Source of the DNA: Octopus vulgaris
Lineage: Eukaryota
Assembly (NCBI GenBank): GCA_951406725.2
Contig: OX597828.1
Coordinates: 39,308,001-39,372,000, forward strand
Direction of reading: 5' to 3'
Length of the DNA stretch: 64,000 bases
The notes beneath the pieces were generated by a model, which was given only the letters and a program-made list of their open reading frames with translations, had not been told where the DNA came from and did no database searches. Made by a program: the position numbers and the translations under genes. Every line of letters starts with the position of its first letter. The stretch's first letter is position 1. Of this stretch, positions 1 through 12,144 are shown one piece after another.

Positions 1-218
1 CTAACATTTATTTGTCTCCAAGTAAAGGAATATTTTCTCAGAGTCTTTTCAACACAAGTAGCACAATGTCAGATACAATTTTTCATGGAAGATTGCAAAC
101 AAACGACATTGCTTGTATGATGGTGACATTTATCTACAGTTAGCATGGAATGTCAAGACAAGGAGACATGAGCATCTGCGCGCACACACACACACATTTT
201 AGATTTCTTTCAGTTTCT

Positions 219-449
219 TATTTCTTTATTGCCCACAAGGGGCTAAACATAGAGGGGACAAACAAGGACAGACAAAGGGATTAAGTCGATTACATTGACC
301 CCAGTGCGTAACTAGTACTTATTTAATCGACCCCGAAAGGATGAAAGGCTAAGTCGACCTCGGCAGAATTTGAACTCAGAATGTAGCAGCAGACGAAATA
401 CCACCAAGCATTTCGTCCAGCATGCTAACGTTTCTGCCAGCTTGCCACT
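219..449 (-). mobile_element. tRNA-derived SINE, family A, full length, nested in an older SINE
   Basis: Reverse complement of the copy at 24459-24692 (ggcggcgagctggcagaa...gttcaaattc...gcctttcatcctttcggggtcgat...aaagaaata). TSD tttctttcagt(t/g)tct at 204-218 and 450-464. Confidence 0.9.
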
Positions 450-600
450 TTTCTTTCAGTGTCTGTCAACCAACTGCACTCATAAGACTTTGGTCAGCCC
501 AGGGTTACAGTAGATGTCATTTGCCTGAGGTGCCATGCGGTGGGACTGAACTTGAAAGCACATGATGCTGAAGTTAACTTCTTAATCACACAGTCATATA
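450..600 (-). mobile_element. Old family-B-type SINE head; host of the family A insertion, 3' part continues at 1-218
   Basis: Diverged match to the family B head/core (ttgcctgaggtgccatgcggtgggactgaac). Confidence 0.65.
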
Positions 601-739
601 CCACAGAAATGTAAAAAAATAAGGCTGGAATGTCTAGTGGTGGTTGGTATCAGCCAGATTATACAGAGAAGTTTCTAAGTTCAGATAACTTTGTGAGGAG
701 AAGAGTAATCTGACATGATTCTTTTGACTGATTTGAAAG

Positions 740-1200
740 AAAAGAGATTTTCCAATCTCCAGCATACAAACTTATAGAGTCTTATTTGTTATAGTCATGT
801 TTTGGTTGTTATATCCTCTAGCCTTCTTCATATGCTTGTTTTATTTGGTAGCATTCTTGGAATTTTAAACCAAATCTTTTATTAAATTCATGGCAGCAGA
901 TTGCTCTCATTCTGTTGTCTATATATCAGATACCTTGTTAGTTATTCTAGTTGTGATGTAGTTTGTTCATTCCACTGATCGTATGTGTGGGGGGAGGGGT
1001 GTATTTCAATTGATCAAAATATAAACTCTGTAATGTCCATTTTGCCCTGAAGATCTTACACCCAGGCTATTCAAAATGCAAAATTATATCATTACATAAT
1101 TGTAATTTAAATTGTAATTTAAACTGGGTACAAAGTGAAACGATTGTAGGCAATGTAAAATAATTAATAAATTAATTTATAACCATTGAATCTCTCCATT
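740..1200. mobile_element. Decayed Penelope-like element remnant (GIY-YIG-like traces on -, hammerhead motif on +)
   Basis: Minus strand 780-960 gives broken peptides (TRIT..., DIRQQNESNLL, RFG) resembling the GIY-YIG C-terminus. A hammerhead core lies at 1042-1153. Confidence 0.45.
1042..1153 (+). ncRNA. Type I hammerhead ribozyme-like motif with long helix II
   Basis: Stem I ttgcc (1042-46)/ggcaa (1149-53); CTGAAGA 1047-53; acccag/ctgggt in helix II; GAAA 1137-40; near-palindromic helix III acgattgt; GUA triplet. Confidence 0.55.
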
Positions 1201-1226
1201 TTCAAACTAATTAATAATATTTGATG

Positions 1227-1285
<59 letters not shown>

Positions 1286-1316
1286 TATACTGGCAAGACT
1301 ATCAGAAGTTTTTATA

Positions 1317-1435
1317 TAGAAGTCCCAGAAATCTCATGGGCTGACAGACCAGAAATCTCGTGGGCAGAAGGCCCAGAAATCTCATGGGTAGACAGCCCAG
1401 AAATCTTGTGGGTAGAAAGCTCAGAAAGCTCATGA
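1317..1435 (+). repeat. 24-bp minisatellite, about 5 units, with 48-bp higher-order alternation
   Basis: cagaaa recurs at 1326, 1350, 1374, 1398 and 1422. Confidence 0.9.
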
Positions 1436-1990
1436 ATAAAATGAGCTGTATAGGTCACATACCCTTCCTCCTGAAACCATAAGAAAGTTTCTTTTTTTTA
1501 TTTCAGTTATAGCTTTTCACTTTAATAATATAATTTCTTTTTATTTTCAAGAAAAGTATCAATGTTACACATACATTTTATTTATGAATCTGTAAATTTA
1601 TGACTTTGAACCATTTAAAAGTCAAAATTGATTATTTATAACACTTAGTTGTAAAGGAAAATAAATCAAAAAGAAATCTGAGTAATAAAGATTTCTAAAA
1701 GTCTTCTCAAGTAGAGTGTGACCAAAGATTTTATTATCTTCCCTCCCAGTTGATATCTTTATTTATTTAATTTTACTTGTAGTACATTCATAAATATATA
1801 AATAAATAAAGGATGGTGGTGGGGGAAATAGGAATGAACACATAAATTCAAATAATATTATGATACAATATTTTAAAGTATCATTAAATCCACAAAATTT
1901 ATTTTCACCACAGAAGAAGGATAATTAAGAAAAACCAGTTCTAATAGGTTAGGGACATTGATGTTTTAAATATGTAGAGCATCTAAGTAA

Positions 1991-2148
1991 CCCTTTTGAT
2001 ACCAACCTACCTGAGACTGACTTTGCTTCTGTGATACAAACTTCATGTTTTAAAGAGATCTAAATGAAAAGCATCTATCAAGGTTTTATGTTAATTTATG
2101 TTCTGAACATCAGCTTATTTAACGCCAAAGTAATTATGATTAACTCTT
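1991..2148. mobile_element. TTAA-type (piggyBac-like) MITE family 1, partial
   Basis: Terminus cccttttgatacc; reverse-orientation homology to 3417-3638; truncated by SINE B. Confidence 0.65.
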
Positions 2149-2150
2149 TA

Positions 2151-2460
2151 TTATTCTTTGTAAGCCTAGTACTTATTCTATCGGTCTCTTTTGCCGAACC
2201 ACTAAGTTACGGGGACGTAAACACACCAGCATCGGTTGTCAAGCGATGTTGGGGGACAGACACACAAATACACACACATATATACACATATATACGACAG
2301 GCTTCTTTCAGTTGCCATCTACCAAATCCACTAACAAGGCTTTGGTTGGCCCGAAGCTATAGTAGAAGACACTTGCCCAAGGTGCCATGCAGTGGGACAG
2401 AACCCGGAACCATGTGGTTGGTAAGCAAGCTACTTACCACACAGCCACTCCTGCACCTAT
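2151..2460 (-). mobile_element. tRNA-derived SINE, family B (CORE-like centre), 3'-truncated
   Basis: Reverse complement of the full copy at 19457-19831; MIR-CORE-like accttgggcaagtgtctt. Confidence 0.9.
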
Positions 2461-2497
2461 GTTGTTAATAATAATGACAATAATACTAACTTCTTGA

Positions 2498-2713
2498 CCC
2501 ATTAGCATTTGAACTAGCCATATACAGCCCAAAATGTTCTACATGTTTTATGTTCAAACTGACCAGATCAGGCCTCTCACACCTACCCAACAATGCCATT
2601 CAAATCATAAACAATCACATCATCAAAATCTCAAAATATGAGATAATGCAGGATTAATTTAAAACAATAAGAATGTGTAATACATTTGACAGAATCATCT
2701 GAACGCTTCAGGG
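2498..2713. mobile_element. TTAA-type MITE family 2
   Basis: ttga|cccattagcattt ... gaacgcttcaggg|ttaa; reverse-complement homologue of 34895-35112. Confidence 0.8.
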
Positions 2714-3416
2714 TTAAACTGATACTTTGTTAAAGGAAGACATAAAAAGACAACTGAACCAAGTCAAATGCAAAACAGGTATTATATTTTTGCATTTAGT
2801 CAGAAGGTTGTACTCACAACCTTTGCAAGCCTCCAAGATTTGAAAACAAGCAACAGTGCCTAAAAATACCAGTCTACAACAGAACCATTCAAACTACTTT
2901 CAATTAAATATTTCCTTATATATTCACACTTTTTTTTACACACTTCCTGCCTCTTACTTTAGGCGGGGCAGCAGCTGTGGGCTTGAAAGAAGGTAAATAT
3001 TGATTCGACTTCCACAAAGAGACACAGCGCTTTATATTTATGAGGAAGTGTAAATATAGACGGAGGAATATAAACAGAAGAAGACAAACAGAACTTGAGA
3101 TTGAAACCTGGTTGCTCAGTCAACTAGCATGCCTGGAAATAAACTCTACCAGGTGTGGCAGGTTGTGGTATAAAGTGAGGTTGATAATTCAGAAGAACAG
3201 AAGCATTTGATTTAAATATAGTATCATACTATACAAACATAGCACACATTATTTTTACCTCATTATAAATCATTATACAAGCTTAAAAACATGTTTCAGT
3301 AAGCTTGGTATGCAACTAGGTGGAATCAAATGTTTCGATTGGTTCAAATTGCATCCTTTGAATAGCTTCTTGCATTTAAAATGATTGATTCTGATTGGAT
3401 GCAGCTGTGTGGTTAA

Positions 3417-3638
3417 CCCTTTTGTTACCATATTTCTGTTGAAATGCTCTGTGTTTCTTTCAATTAATTTTAAATATAACAAAGAATTTAGTAAAATAAC
3501 TTAGTTATCATTAAGCTAGTGTTAGGAATACAAATTGTGACAAAGGTTTGGTGGAAGATTTTAATTCAGAACTTTTAAAAACAAGGCATTTGTACTACAG
3601 AGTCAGTGGCAGTTTCAGGTGGGTTATTATCAAAAGGG
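3417..3638. mobile_element. TTAA-type (piggyBac-like) MITE family 1, complete, inserted in a SINE B head
   Basis: TTAA at 3413-16 and 3639-42; TIRs cccttttgtta / tatcaaaaggg. The flanks rejoin as gctgtgtggTTAAgtag, the SINE B A-box region. Confidence 0.88.
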
Positions 3639-3642
3639 TTAA

Positions 3643-3799
3643 GTAGTTTTCTTCCCAATTATGTGGTTTTGGGTTCAGTCCCACTGTGTGACATCTAGGG
3701 CAAGTGTCTTCTTTATAGCCCAGAGCCAACCAAAGTCTTGTGAGTGGATTTGGTAGATGGAAATTGAAAGAAGCCTGTCATACACATATTCACAATATG

Positions 3800-3800
<1 letters not shown>
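3643..3800 (+). mobile_element. SINE family B head/core (5' end at about 3398, split by the MITE)
   Basis: gggttcagtcccactgtg...gggcaagtgtcttc...gagtggatttggtagatggaaa. Confidence 0.8.
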
Positions 3801-3840
<40 letters not shown>

Positions 3841-4881
3841 AGGATAAGATCTATATAAGAATTTATCAAGTAGCCAGCATGAAAAACCAGTAAAGGGAAA
3901 AAAATTATACAAAAAATATATAATTATTCCCTTTAAATATAAATACATTCATTATATTAAGGGTTATTACTGAATGTGTGTGTGTGTGAGTACATAATGT
4001 GAGGTTTTGTGTGTGTAGGTGTGTAGGTGCATGTATGGTAGCTAAGGAGTGAAATTGTTGGATTGCTGACCCAAAAGTCGTGAGCTGTTGCATTGCTATT
4101 AAACACTGCTTGGTATAAAGTTGGCCCAGTGCCTCATCCAAACAGACATTAGTAGCTAGGTTGAAGAGTCAAGGATTTCAGTGACTACATTACTTTGGCA
4201 ACCTTCAAACAAGCAAATAGGGAGAGTAACTTGAACTTTACCTCGTGTAAAAATGAATTCTCTCCACTAGACTTAATGTCCATCATGATCATCATTATTA
4301 TCATAAAAAACATTATTATTATTAAAAATTAACTCGTTAAAGGTGGTGAGGGTCAAAGTCACTTGTTAATCACATCAGGAACAATTTAAGTATCGGTCAT
4401 CAAATACTGGGGTTAATTAAACCAACTACATCCTTTTCCAAAATGTGACCCTGAGCCAATGTCATAAGTTATCGGATGGGGTCAAAGTTAGCTGTTCATC
4501 ATTCAGGGGTCAAATAACTAAATATCAATTGCGTACTGAAGTACATTAAAATCACATACAACCTTCCACAAAATGGCCTTGTGCCAATCTCAGAAATTAA
4601 AAGTTATAGGAAAATATAAACAATTTGGGTGTTTTATGCCCACTTCTTTCTTTCTTTTACAAGGGCTTAAATAAAGGGCTACTCAAAAAGCTAAGTTCAG
4701 TATCCTTAATGCGAAGAATTCTCTAGCTATGACAATCAGCCAATGAATCTGTGAGCTTATTTCATATGATAAATCTTCAGATTTTGCTTCAGAATGAATA
4801 TTGCTCTAGCAGTGCATCAACAGGATGTTTATCATTGACAAACTGGCTTTGGGAACATGTCAAAATCAATGCATGTATATC

Positions 4882-5114
4882 TATTTCTTTATTGCCCTCA
4901 GGGGGCTAAACATAGAGGGGACAAACAAAGACAGAGAAAGGGATTAAGTCAATTACATTGACCCCAGTGCGTAAACTGGTACTTATTTAATTGATCCTGA
5001 AAGGATGAATGGCAAAGTCGACCTTGGTGGAATTTGAACTCAGAACATAACGGCAGACAAACTACCGCTAAGCATTTCACCCGGCATGCTAACGTTTCAG
5101 CCAGCTCACCGCCC
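4882..5114 (-). mobile_element. SINE family A
   Basis: Full-length homology to 24459-24692. Confidence 0.9.
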
Positions 5115-5131
5115 TAATACATACATATATA

Positions 5132-5330
5132 TCATCATCATCGTTGTTTAACATTCTTTTTCCATGTTGGCATGGGTTGGATGGTTTTGACAGGAGCTGA
5201 AGAGACAGAAAGACTGCACCTAGCTCCAATATCTGCTTTGGCATGGTCTCTCCATTGGATGACCTTCCTGATGCTAACCATTTTACAGAGTGTACTGAGT
5301 AGTTTTTACATGGTACCAGCACTGCACCTC
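5132..5330 (-). mobile_element. RTE LINE 3' UTR fragment (family D)
   Basis: (GAT)n tail; matches 5547-5830 and 55545-55990. Confidence 0.7.
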
Positions 5331-5546
5331 CATGCATGTGTGTGCATCTGAGAAAAAGCAAGCAAATCGAAACTTTGAAGTCACTGTCAACGTTTTCCTT
5401 CTAAATGTTTAATAAGCATGTATTGAGTTATCCTTCAGTTTAATGTTAATCTGTTTTTATATATATAACTTGACATAAAAACAAATCTTTATATAAAAAT
5501 AAAGAACAGACTTCTGCACAGTTTCTGCATACTAAATTTCAGTCAT

Positions 5547-5830
5547 AACATCATCATCATCGTTTAATGTCCACTTTCCATGCTAGCATGGGTTGGGCGT
5601 TTTGACTGAGGTCTGGCGAACCAGATGGCTGCACCAGGCTCCAATCTGATCTGGCAGAGTTTCTACAGCTGGATGCCCATCCTAACGCCAACCACTCCAA
5701 GAGTGTAGTGGGTGCTTTTATGTGCCACTGGCATGAGGGCCAGTCAGGCGGTACTGGCAACGGCCATGCTCAAATGGTGCTTTTTATGTGCCACCTGCAC
5801 AGTCCAGTGGCACTGACAACGACCTCGCGA
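5547..5830 (-). mobile_element. RTE LINE 3' UTR fragment (family D)
   Basis: aaagcacc repeats, ttggcgttaggatgggcatccagctgtagaaac, and ggacattaaacgatgatgatg tail. Confidence 0.8.
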
Positions 5831-6119
5831 ATGTGTTCAGTCATAACACATTAGTTAAACAAAATCTATGAAAGGCACGAGATGTCACACAAGATCAGAC
5901 TTGGAACCATATGGTTTTGAAACAAACTTCTAAACCTCACAGCCATACCAGATGTTTCAGTGAGTCAATTTATTAAAACATTTTTGTCACCAACCCATTA
6001 GGAGATTACCTTCTGTTGTTACAAAACAGTCCATTTTGGAATATTCCTATCAAAATCGAAACCTGTCATAATTTTAGATAAGAATCATTTCAGATATGTT
6101 CCAAATACAATTTTAATCC

Positions 6120-6737
6120 TGAACTCTTTTAGCAGTCAAATTATTCAGTTAAATGTAATGCTTATTTATTCACATTGTTTTGAATTAATCCATGAATTCT
6201 TTTATATTCTTTTACTCTTTTACTTGTTTCACTCATGTGACTGTGGCCATACTGGAGCACTGCCTTTAGTTGAGCAAATCGACCCCAGGACTTATTCTTT
6301 GTAAGACTAGTACTTATTCTATTGGTCTCTATTGCCAAACCACTAAGTTATGGGGACGTAAACACACCAGCATCAGTTGTCAAGCAATGTTGGGGGGGGG
6401 ACAAACACAGACACACACATACATATATACAAACAGGCTTCTTTTCAGTTTCCATCTACCAAATCCTCTAACAAGGCTCGTCCTGAGGCTATAGTAGAAG
6501 ACACTTGTCCAAGGTGCCATACAGTGGGATTGAACCCAGAACCATGTGGTTCGTAAGCAAGCTACTTACCACACAGCCACTCCTACGCCTATACCTTTAA
6601 GATTTCAGTTACATGATTGCTTATTTTCAGAATAACATTGTAAGGTAGGTGTGAGGGGCTGAATCTGGCTGGTTTGAACATAAAATATGGTAGTATATTC
6701 AGGCTGGATATGGCCAGTTTATATTCTAAAGTGTTAA
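6120..6737. mobile_element. TTAA-type MITE family 2, split by SINE B
   Basis: Halves 6120-6200 and 6594-6737 join to match 34895-35112. Confidence 0.75.
6208..6590 (-). mobile_element. SINE family B, full length
   Basis: Complete head to aaacaagtaaaagagta tail. Confidence 0.92.
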
Positions 6738-6839
6738 AGTACACTACTTAATATTGCAATAGGTTACTTTAACAAATATATATATATATATTGTGGAAAT
6801 TAACATTTTAAAAATCACATGACAATGAGAATCACTTAC

Positions 6840-6949
6840 TGCCAACGTTTGTCTATTAATACATTTTCAGCAAATTGCTTACTGACAATTCCCAGTCTAA
6901 AAAGGTTGTAAATCCCTCCAAATTCTCCAATTTTTTTTCTTTCTTATAA
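6840..6949 (-). CDS. Candidate internal exon, product unknown
   Basis: ttttcag acceptor at 6950 (alternative tttttag at 6897); donors gtaagc (6882) and gtaagt (6839). Open readings are YKKEKKLENLEGFTTFLDWELS or LGIVSKQFAENVLIDKRW. No homology recognised. Confidence 0.2.
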
Positions 6950-8257
6950 CTGAAAACCCATCAGTTGTGTATTTCAACAGCAAAATAATCATGAAAAGGT
7001 TAAAAGAAAGCTCAATATTCAATATACTCACAAAATAGATATTTTAAACTGGTGGAAAGGCTCCAGCTTGGGAGTAGGTGTTTTAGGATGAATAGAATTA
7101 CTCTTTTAGTCCCCACCACCACCACCACCACTATTCTCAGGTTCATTCTGGCCCAAAGTGGGGGTATTTCTTGCTGACTCTAGTTATGGGTCAAATAGAT
7201 GATCCTGTGGCTGAGGGATTCAAAACTTAGAAGAGAGATAGCCCCTTGACTAGACTCACACAAGCCCATTCGTATCTGAACATGTTCTGATGTCAGATAA
7301 ACTAGTCCCCCTACTTAAGGGTAAGCTTGGAGGGCAAGACATTAGCAGAGTAAACAGGAAATAAACAAGCAGAACACAATGGGGAAACTACTGTTGTGTC
7401 TTTCCCAAGAAAGATCATGAATCTTTAGGCTTTGGTCCATGATCACCAACACTTGTAGGCATGGCACCTGGAGAGAGAGGAGCAGTGAGAGAGAGAGAGA
7501 GAGAGTCTATAAAGTGTCTATAGTGACCCAATAAAATTTTACTGATTTCTATTTTTGGATTGCTGCCAAGCAGGACACCCACTTCAAGTTAATCCCATAT
7601 CAACCAAAGCACCTCTTTCTGTCTGTTACATAGTTTATCGGTCTGTATTCACCTCAAACCACAGAGTTACGGCACATACAGCAATAAGACAAAAAAAAAC
7701 ATCATGATGTATACATAAACACAAATCTACATAGCAACTAAGGGTTTCAGAAACACACATGCACCTAAGCACCTAATGGAATTTTCTCACATCACTCAAG
7801 ATATCACTGGCTTAAACCTTTATGAGTCCACCCTCTCCTAGTCATCCTCCCTCTCATCTTCCCACATCACTTTCTAAGAATTTAGTAGCTTACTTTCTTT
7901 TCTTCATATATTCATTTTTTTCATATAAAAATGTTAGCTCTGAAATTTGTCATCCAGCTGAGCTAAGGGAAACAACTCAGTAGCTTAGAAGTAAATTATC
8001 TTTCTATGTTGCACATAGCAGGAAACAGAACGTTCCTGAAATGGCCTCTTGAAGAACTAAATGGGTATTTTGTTCCCTGATGATCATCTGGTTGTTTGTC
8101 ATGAATATTTCCCTCAGAGATATGATGTAACAATTTCATGTCACTCCAAGTTAGAGTATCACCAGTCCTGCAGATTGTATAAATCATATCCTTCACACTC
8201 TGTATTTGAGTTCTCTCTACCCCAAGTTATTCAGAATACAATGTGTGTGTGTGGGGG

Positions 8258-8610
8258 GGTAAGAGGTTTGCTTCCCAACCACACGGTTCCAGGTTCAGTC
8301 CTATTGCATGGCATCTTTGGCGAGTGTCTTCTATAGCTTCAGGTATACTGAAGTCTTGTAAGTGGAGTTGGTAGGTGGAAACCGAAAGAAGCCTGTTGTG
8401 TATGTATGTGTGTGTGTTTGTCCCCCCACTACCACCACTTAACCAGTGTTGGTGTGTTTATGTTCCCATAACTTAACGGTTCAGCAAAAGAGCCAATAAA
8501 ATAAGTACCAAGCATAAAAAAGTACTGGGGTCGATTCAGTCAACTAAACATTCTTAAAGGCAGTGCCCCAGCATGGTCACAGTTTAATGGCTTTAAGTAA
8601 AAGATAGAAC
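8258..8610 (+). mobile_element. SINE family B, older variant
   Basis: Head, core and tail homology to family B. Confidence 0.8.
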
Positions 8611-8989
8611 ACAAAAGATATATGTATGGCAGGAGATGAAATCATGTGGCCTTGTGGTCAGGGTATAAGGCTCATAAACTTAACGTTGTGGGTTTCAGTT
8701 CCTGAACCAGGTAGCATGTTGCACACCTGAGCAGAACACTTATTTTCCTGTTGCCCCAAACTATTCAGCTGAAAATAAGGACCAGCTAAGCTCTGGTGCA
8801 GACCTCACTTCCTTCAGCTGTCACACCCTTGATGCTCTGCTGAGTCAAGGCTGAGAAAGCTCTGTACATGTCTATTTCTACTCATGACTACACAGGCATC
8901 TGAAACAATTAGTGAAACTATGGTACATGCTTCCAAACCATACTCACTTGCGAATGATGTTTATGATGTTATGAGTTTAGCCAAATGGT

Positions 8990-9340
8990 CATGACTTTTA
9001 GCAGTCCATATACAAGTGGGTAAAACTTGTGGCAGAGGGAGACCCAGGAAGACATAGAATTAAATATTGAAGGCAGATCTCAAGACACTGAAGCTTACAA
9101 AGAGGATGACAAAGGACAAAGATATCTGATGCCTAGCTGTATCCAAGAAGACCCATCTACTACAGCAAAATTGACACTGGTTCTAGTGCCACATAAAAAG
9201 CACCCAGTTAGGAAGAGCTTCCAGCCATAGAATCCATGCCAAAACAGACAATGGAGCCTGGTTCAGCCCTTGGCCTTACCAGCTCCAGTTAAACTATCCA
9301 ACCCATGCCAGCATGAAAAACAGACATTAAATGATGATAT
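8990..9340 (+). mobile_element. RTE LINE ORF end plus 3' UTR (family D)
   Basis: tgtggcagagggagacccaggaagaca encodes CGRGRPRKT, followed by the family D tail ending in atgatgat. Confidence 0.65.
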
Positions 9341-9489
9341 ACATAATGTGTGTGTGTGTGTTTGTTTGTTCAGCAGTATCAGTGTTTATGCATAAGCAAA
9401 CTTTAGGCTAGCTAAAATATGTTTGTGACACATTTCAACTTCTAAAGACAAATTAACAGTTATCTTGGAGGGGAAAAAAAAACAACTTA

Positions 9490-9657
9490 TTCTTTTATTT
9501 CTGTAAGTCATTTGACTGTGGCCATGCTGGAGCACTGCCTTTAGTTGAACAAATCAATACCGGGATTTATTGTTTTCAAGCCTAGTACTTATTGTATTGG
9601 TCTCTTTTGCTGAACCGCTAAGTTTCAGGGATGTAAACATACCAACATCGGGTACAA

Positions 9658-9698
<41 letters not shown>

Positions 9699-9826
9699 GG
9701 GCTTCTTTCAGTTTTCCGTCTACCAAATCCACTCACAAGGCTTTGGTTAGCCTGAGGCTATAGTAGAAGACACTTGCCCAAGGTGCCACGCAGTGGGACT
9801 GAACCCAGAACCATGTGGGTGAGAAG
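9490..9826 (-). mobile_element. SINE family B
   Basis: Family B homology with internal (CA)/(TA) tract. Confidence 0.85.
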
Positions 9827-10424
9827 CAATATATACATTGCATGTGTGTGTGAATTGGTATGCATGCATGTGTGCACCTATGTGTTTGCATGTATGTGAA
9901 TGAGTATGCATGTATGTGTGTGTGTCTGAGTGTGTGTGTGTGTGTGTGTGTGAATGTGTACACATGCATGTGTGGGTGTGAATGAGCATACCACCCCACA
10001 ACTATTTTGTTTCTTTCTCATTCTTTGAAACTAACATATGTATGAAGACAATGCATCATTATTATTATTATTATTATTATTATGTTTGCGTTTTTAATTG
10101 GAAAACTGTATTTATCTAGAAGGTCACAATGCTAGGTTGGTATGGAAACCTACCTTGTCACAATTATATAACATCTAAAAAATAAAAAAAAAAATAATCA
10201 AATAGTCTTAAGCTTGTTGCTACAAAAGAAACCAATATCTTGCTGGCTATCAAACTACAGATTATTATCAGCAGCAGCACTGACTTCTGAATTCTGTCTC
10301 TTGGAATTATTAAAGGCCAATCAATTCACATAACCAGTGACTAGGTCAGTCAAGACAAACATAACTTGGATTTTCTTTTTTTTTCTTAAGGTACCAACAA
10401 CAATTGGTAACAAGACACTGTTAG

Positions 10425-10918
<494 letters not shown>

Positions 10919-11376
10919 TGTTTGATAATAAAAATAATTTTTGGGGGGTTGGTAAATATATCAAATTTTCTTCAAAGATTTTGTTGTTTGCTACCATTTC
11001 AACACTGTTCCATTTTAGAACAGGGTAAAAAAGGAAAAAAAAAAAAACTTGACATTTATGGTGAAGTGGTAGAATTGTTAGTTGTTTCCCAAACTGGTAT
11101 GGAGGAGGAAACTTGACAGGAACAGGCAAGCCAGAGGACTGCTTCAGGCTCAAATGTCTGTTTTGGCCTGGTTTCTATAGCTGGATGGATGCCCTTCCTG
11201 ACCCTAACCCAACCATTTTATGGAGTGCACTGAGTACTTTTTTTATGACACTGGCAATATATGAAAAACTGAAATTTGAACTCAAAAGAGTAAAATGTGA
11301 AAAACTAAAAACTAAAAAAAAAAAAAGAGGAAAAAAAAAGGAAATAATTTGAACTGCTATTGATCATATAATTAAT

Positions 11377-11480
11377 ATAATTTGAAACCAAACTGATAAT
11401 ATAATTTGAATCTAAATTGATAAAATAATTTGATTCTAAATGAAAAAATTATTTGAGTTCAAATTAGTAAAATTATTTTT
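11377..11480 (+). repeat. AT-rich 24-bp minisatellite
   Basis: at(a/t)attt recurs at 11377, 11401, 11425, 11448 and 11472. Confidence 0.7.
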
Positions 11481-11879
11481 TCTTTAAATTGAATTATAGA
11501 TTTCAATTTGAATTTTGATTTCAGATTTTTCCACCCACATGGTTCATGAAATGATCACATCGTTGTTTTAAACTTCCTTGATTACAGAACTAATTTAATC
11601 ATTTTAATTGGCACAGAAACCTAATAGTAGTATTGATTTACAATATTGGCACAGGATCACACAGTTTTAGGAGAGACGGAGTGGGAATATAGGGTACTCA
11701 TGCCTTTACATAGGATTATCAGTGATGGGGAAATGGCTACAACCAGGAATTAAAAGACATGTCGCAGACTCGGTTCACTGTCAAGTTAATGGTAGGTTTT
11801 AATACACAAATACAAGATTATTGAAAGCAAATCCACATACACACACACACAAATCTACAATTATATATATATATATATA

Positions 11880-12111
11880 TATTTCTTTACTACCCACAAG
11901 GGGCTAAATATAGAGGGGACAAACAAGGACAGACAAATGGATTAAGTCGATTACATCGACCCCAGTGCGAAACTGGTACTTTATTTATCTACCCGAAAGG
12001 ATGGAAGGCAAAGTCTACCTCGGCGGAATTTGAACTCAGAACATAACGTCAGACGAAATACCGCTAAGCATTTCGCCCGGGGCGCTAACGTTTCTGCCAG
12101 CTCGCCGCCTT
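11880..12111 (-). mobile_element. SINE family A, young copy, inserted in (TA)n
   Basis: CpG-rich near-consensus copy flanked by (TA)n on both sides. Confidence 0.93.
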
Positions 12112-12112
12112 A

Positions 12113-12144
<32 letters not shown>

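Noticed and set aside
1317-1435. CRISPR-like regular repeats (also 62215-62590)
   Set aside because: No unique spacers, no cas genes, eukaryotic context.
2064-2468. Recurrent ORF family RASFSFRLPNPLTRLW / DGLLSVSVYQIHSQG (also 19281, 24755, 47392, 53249, 56738)
   Set aside because: Antisense readings of SINE B copies, not a gene family.
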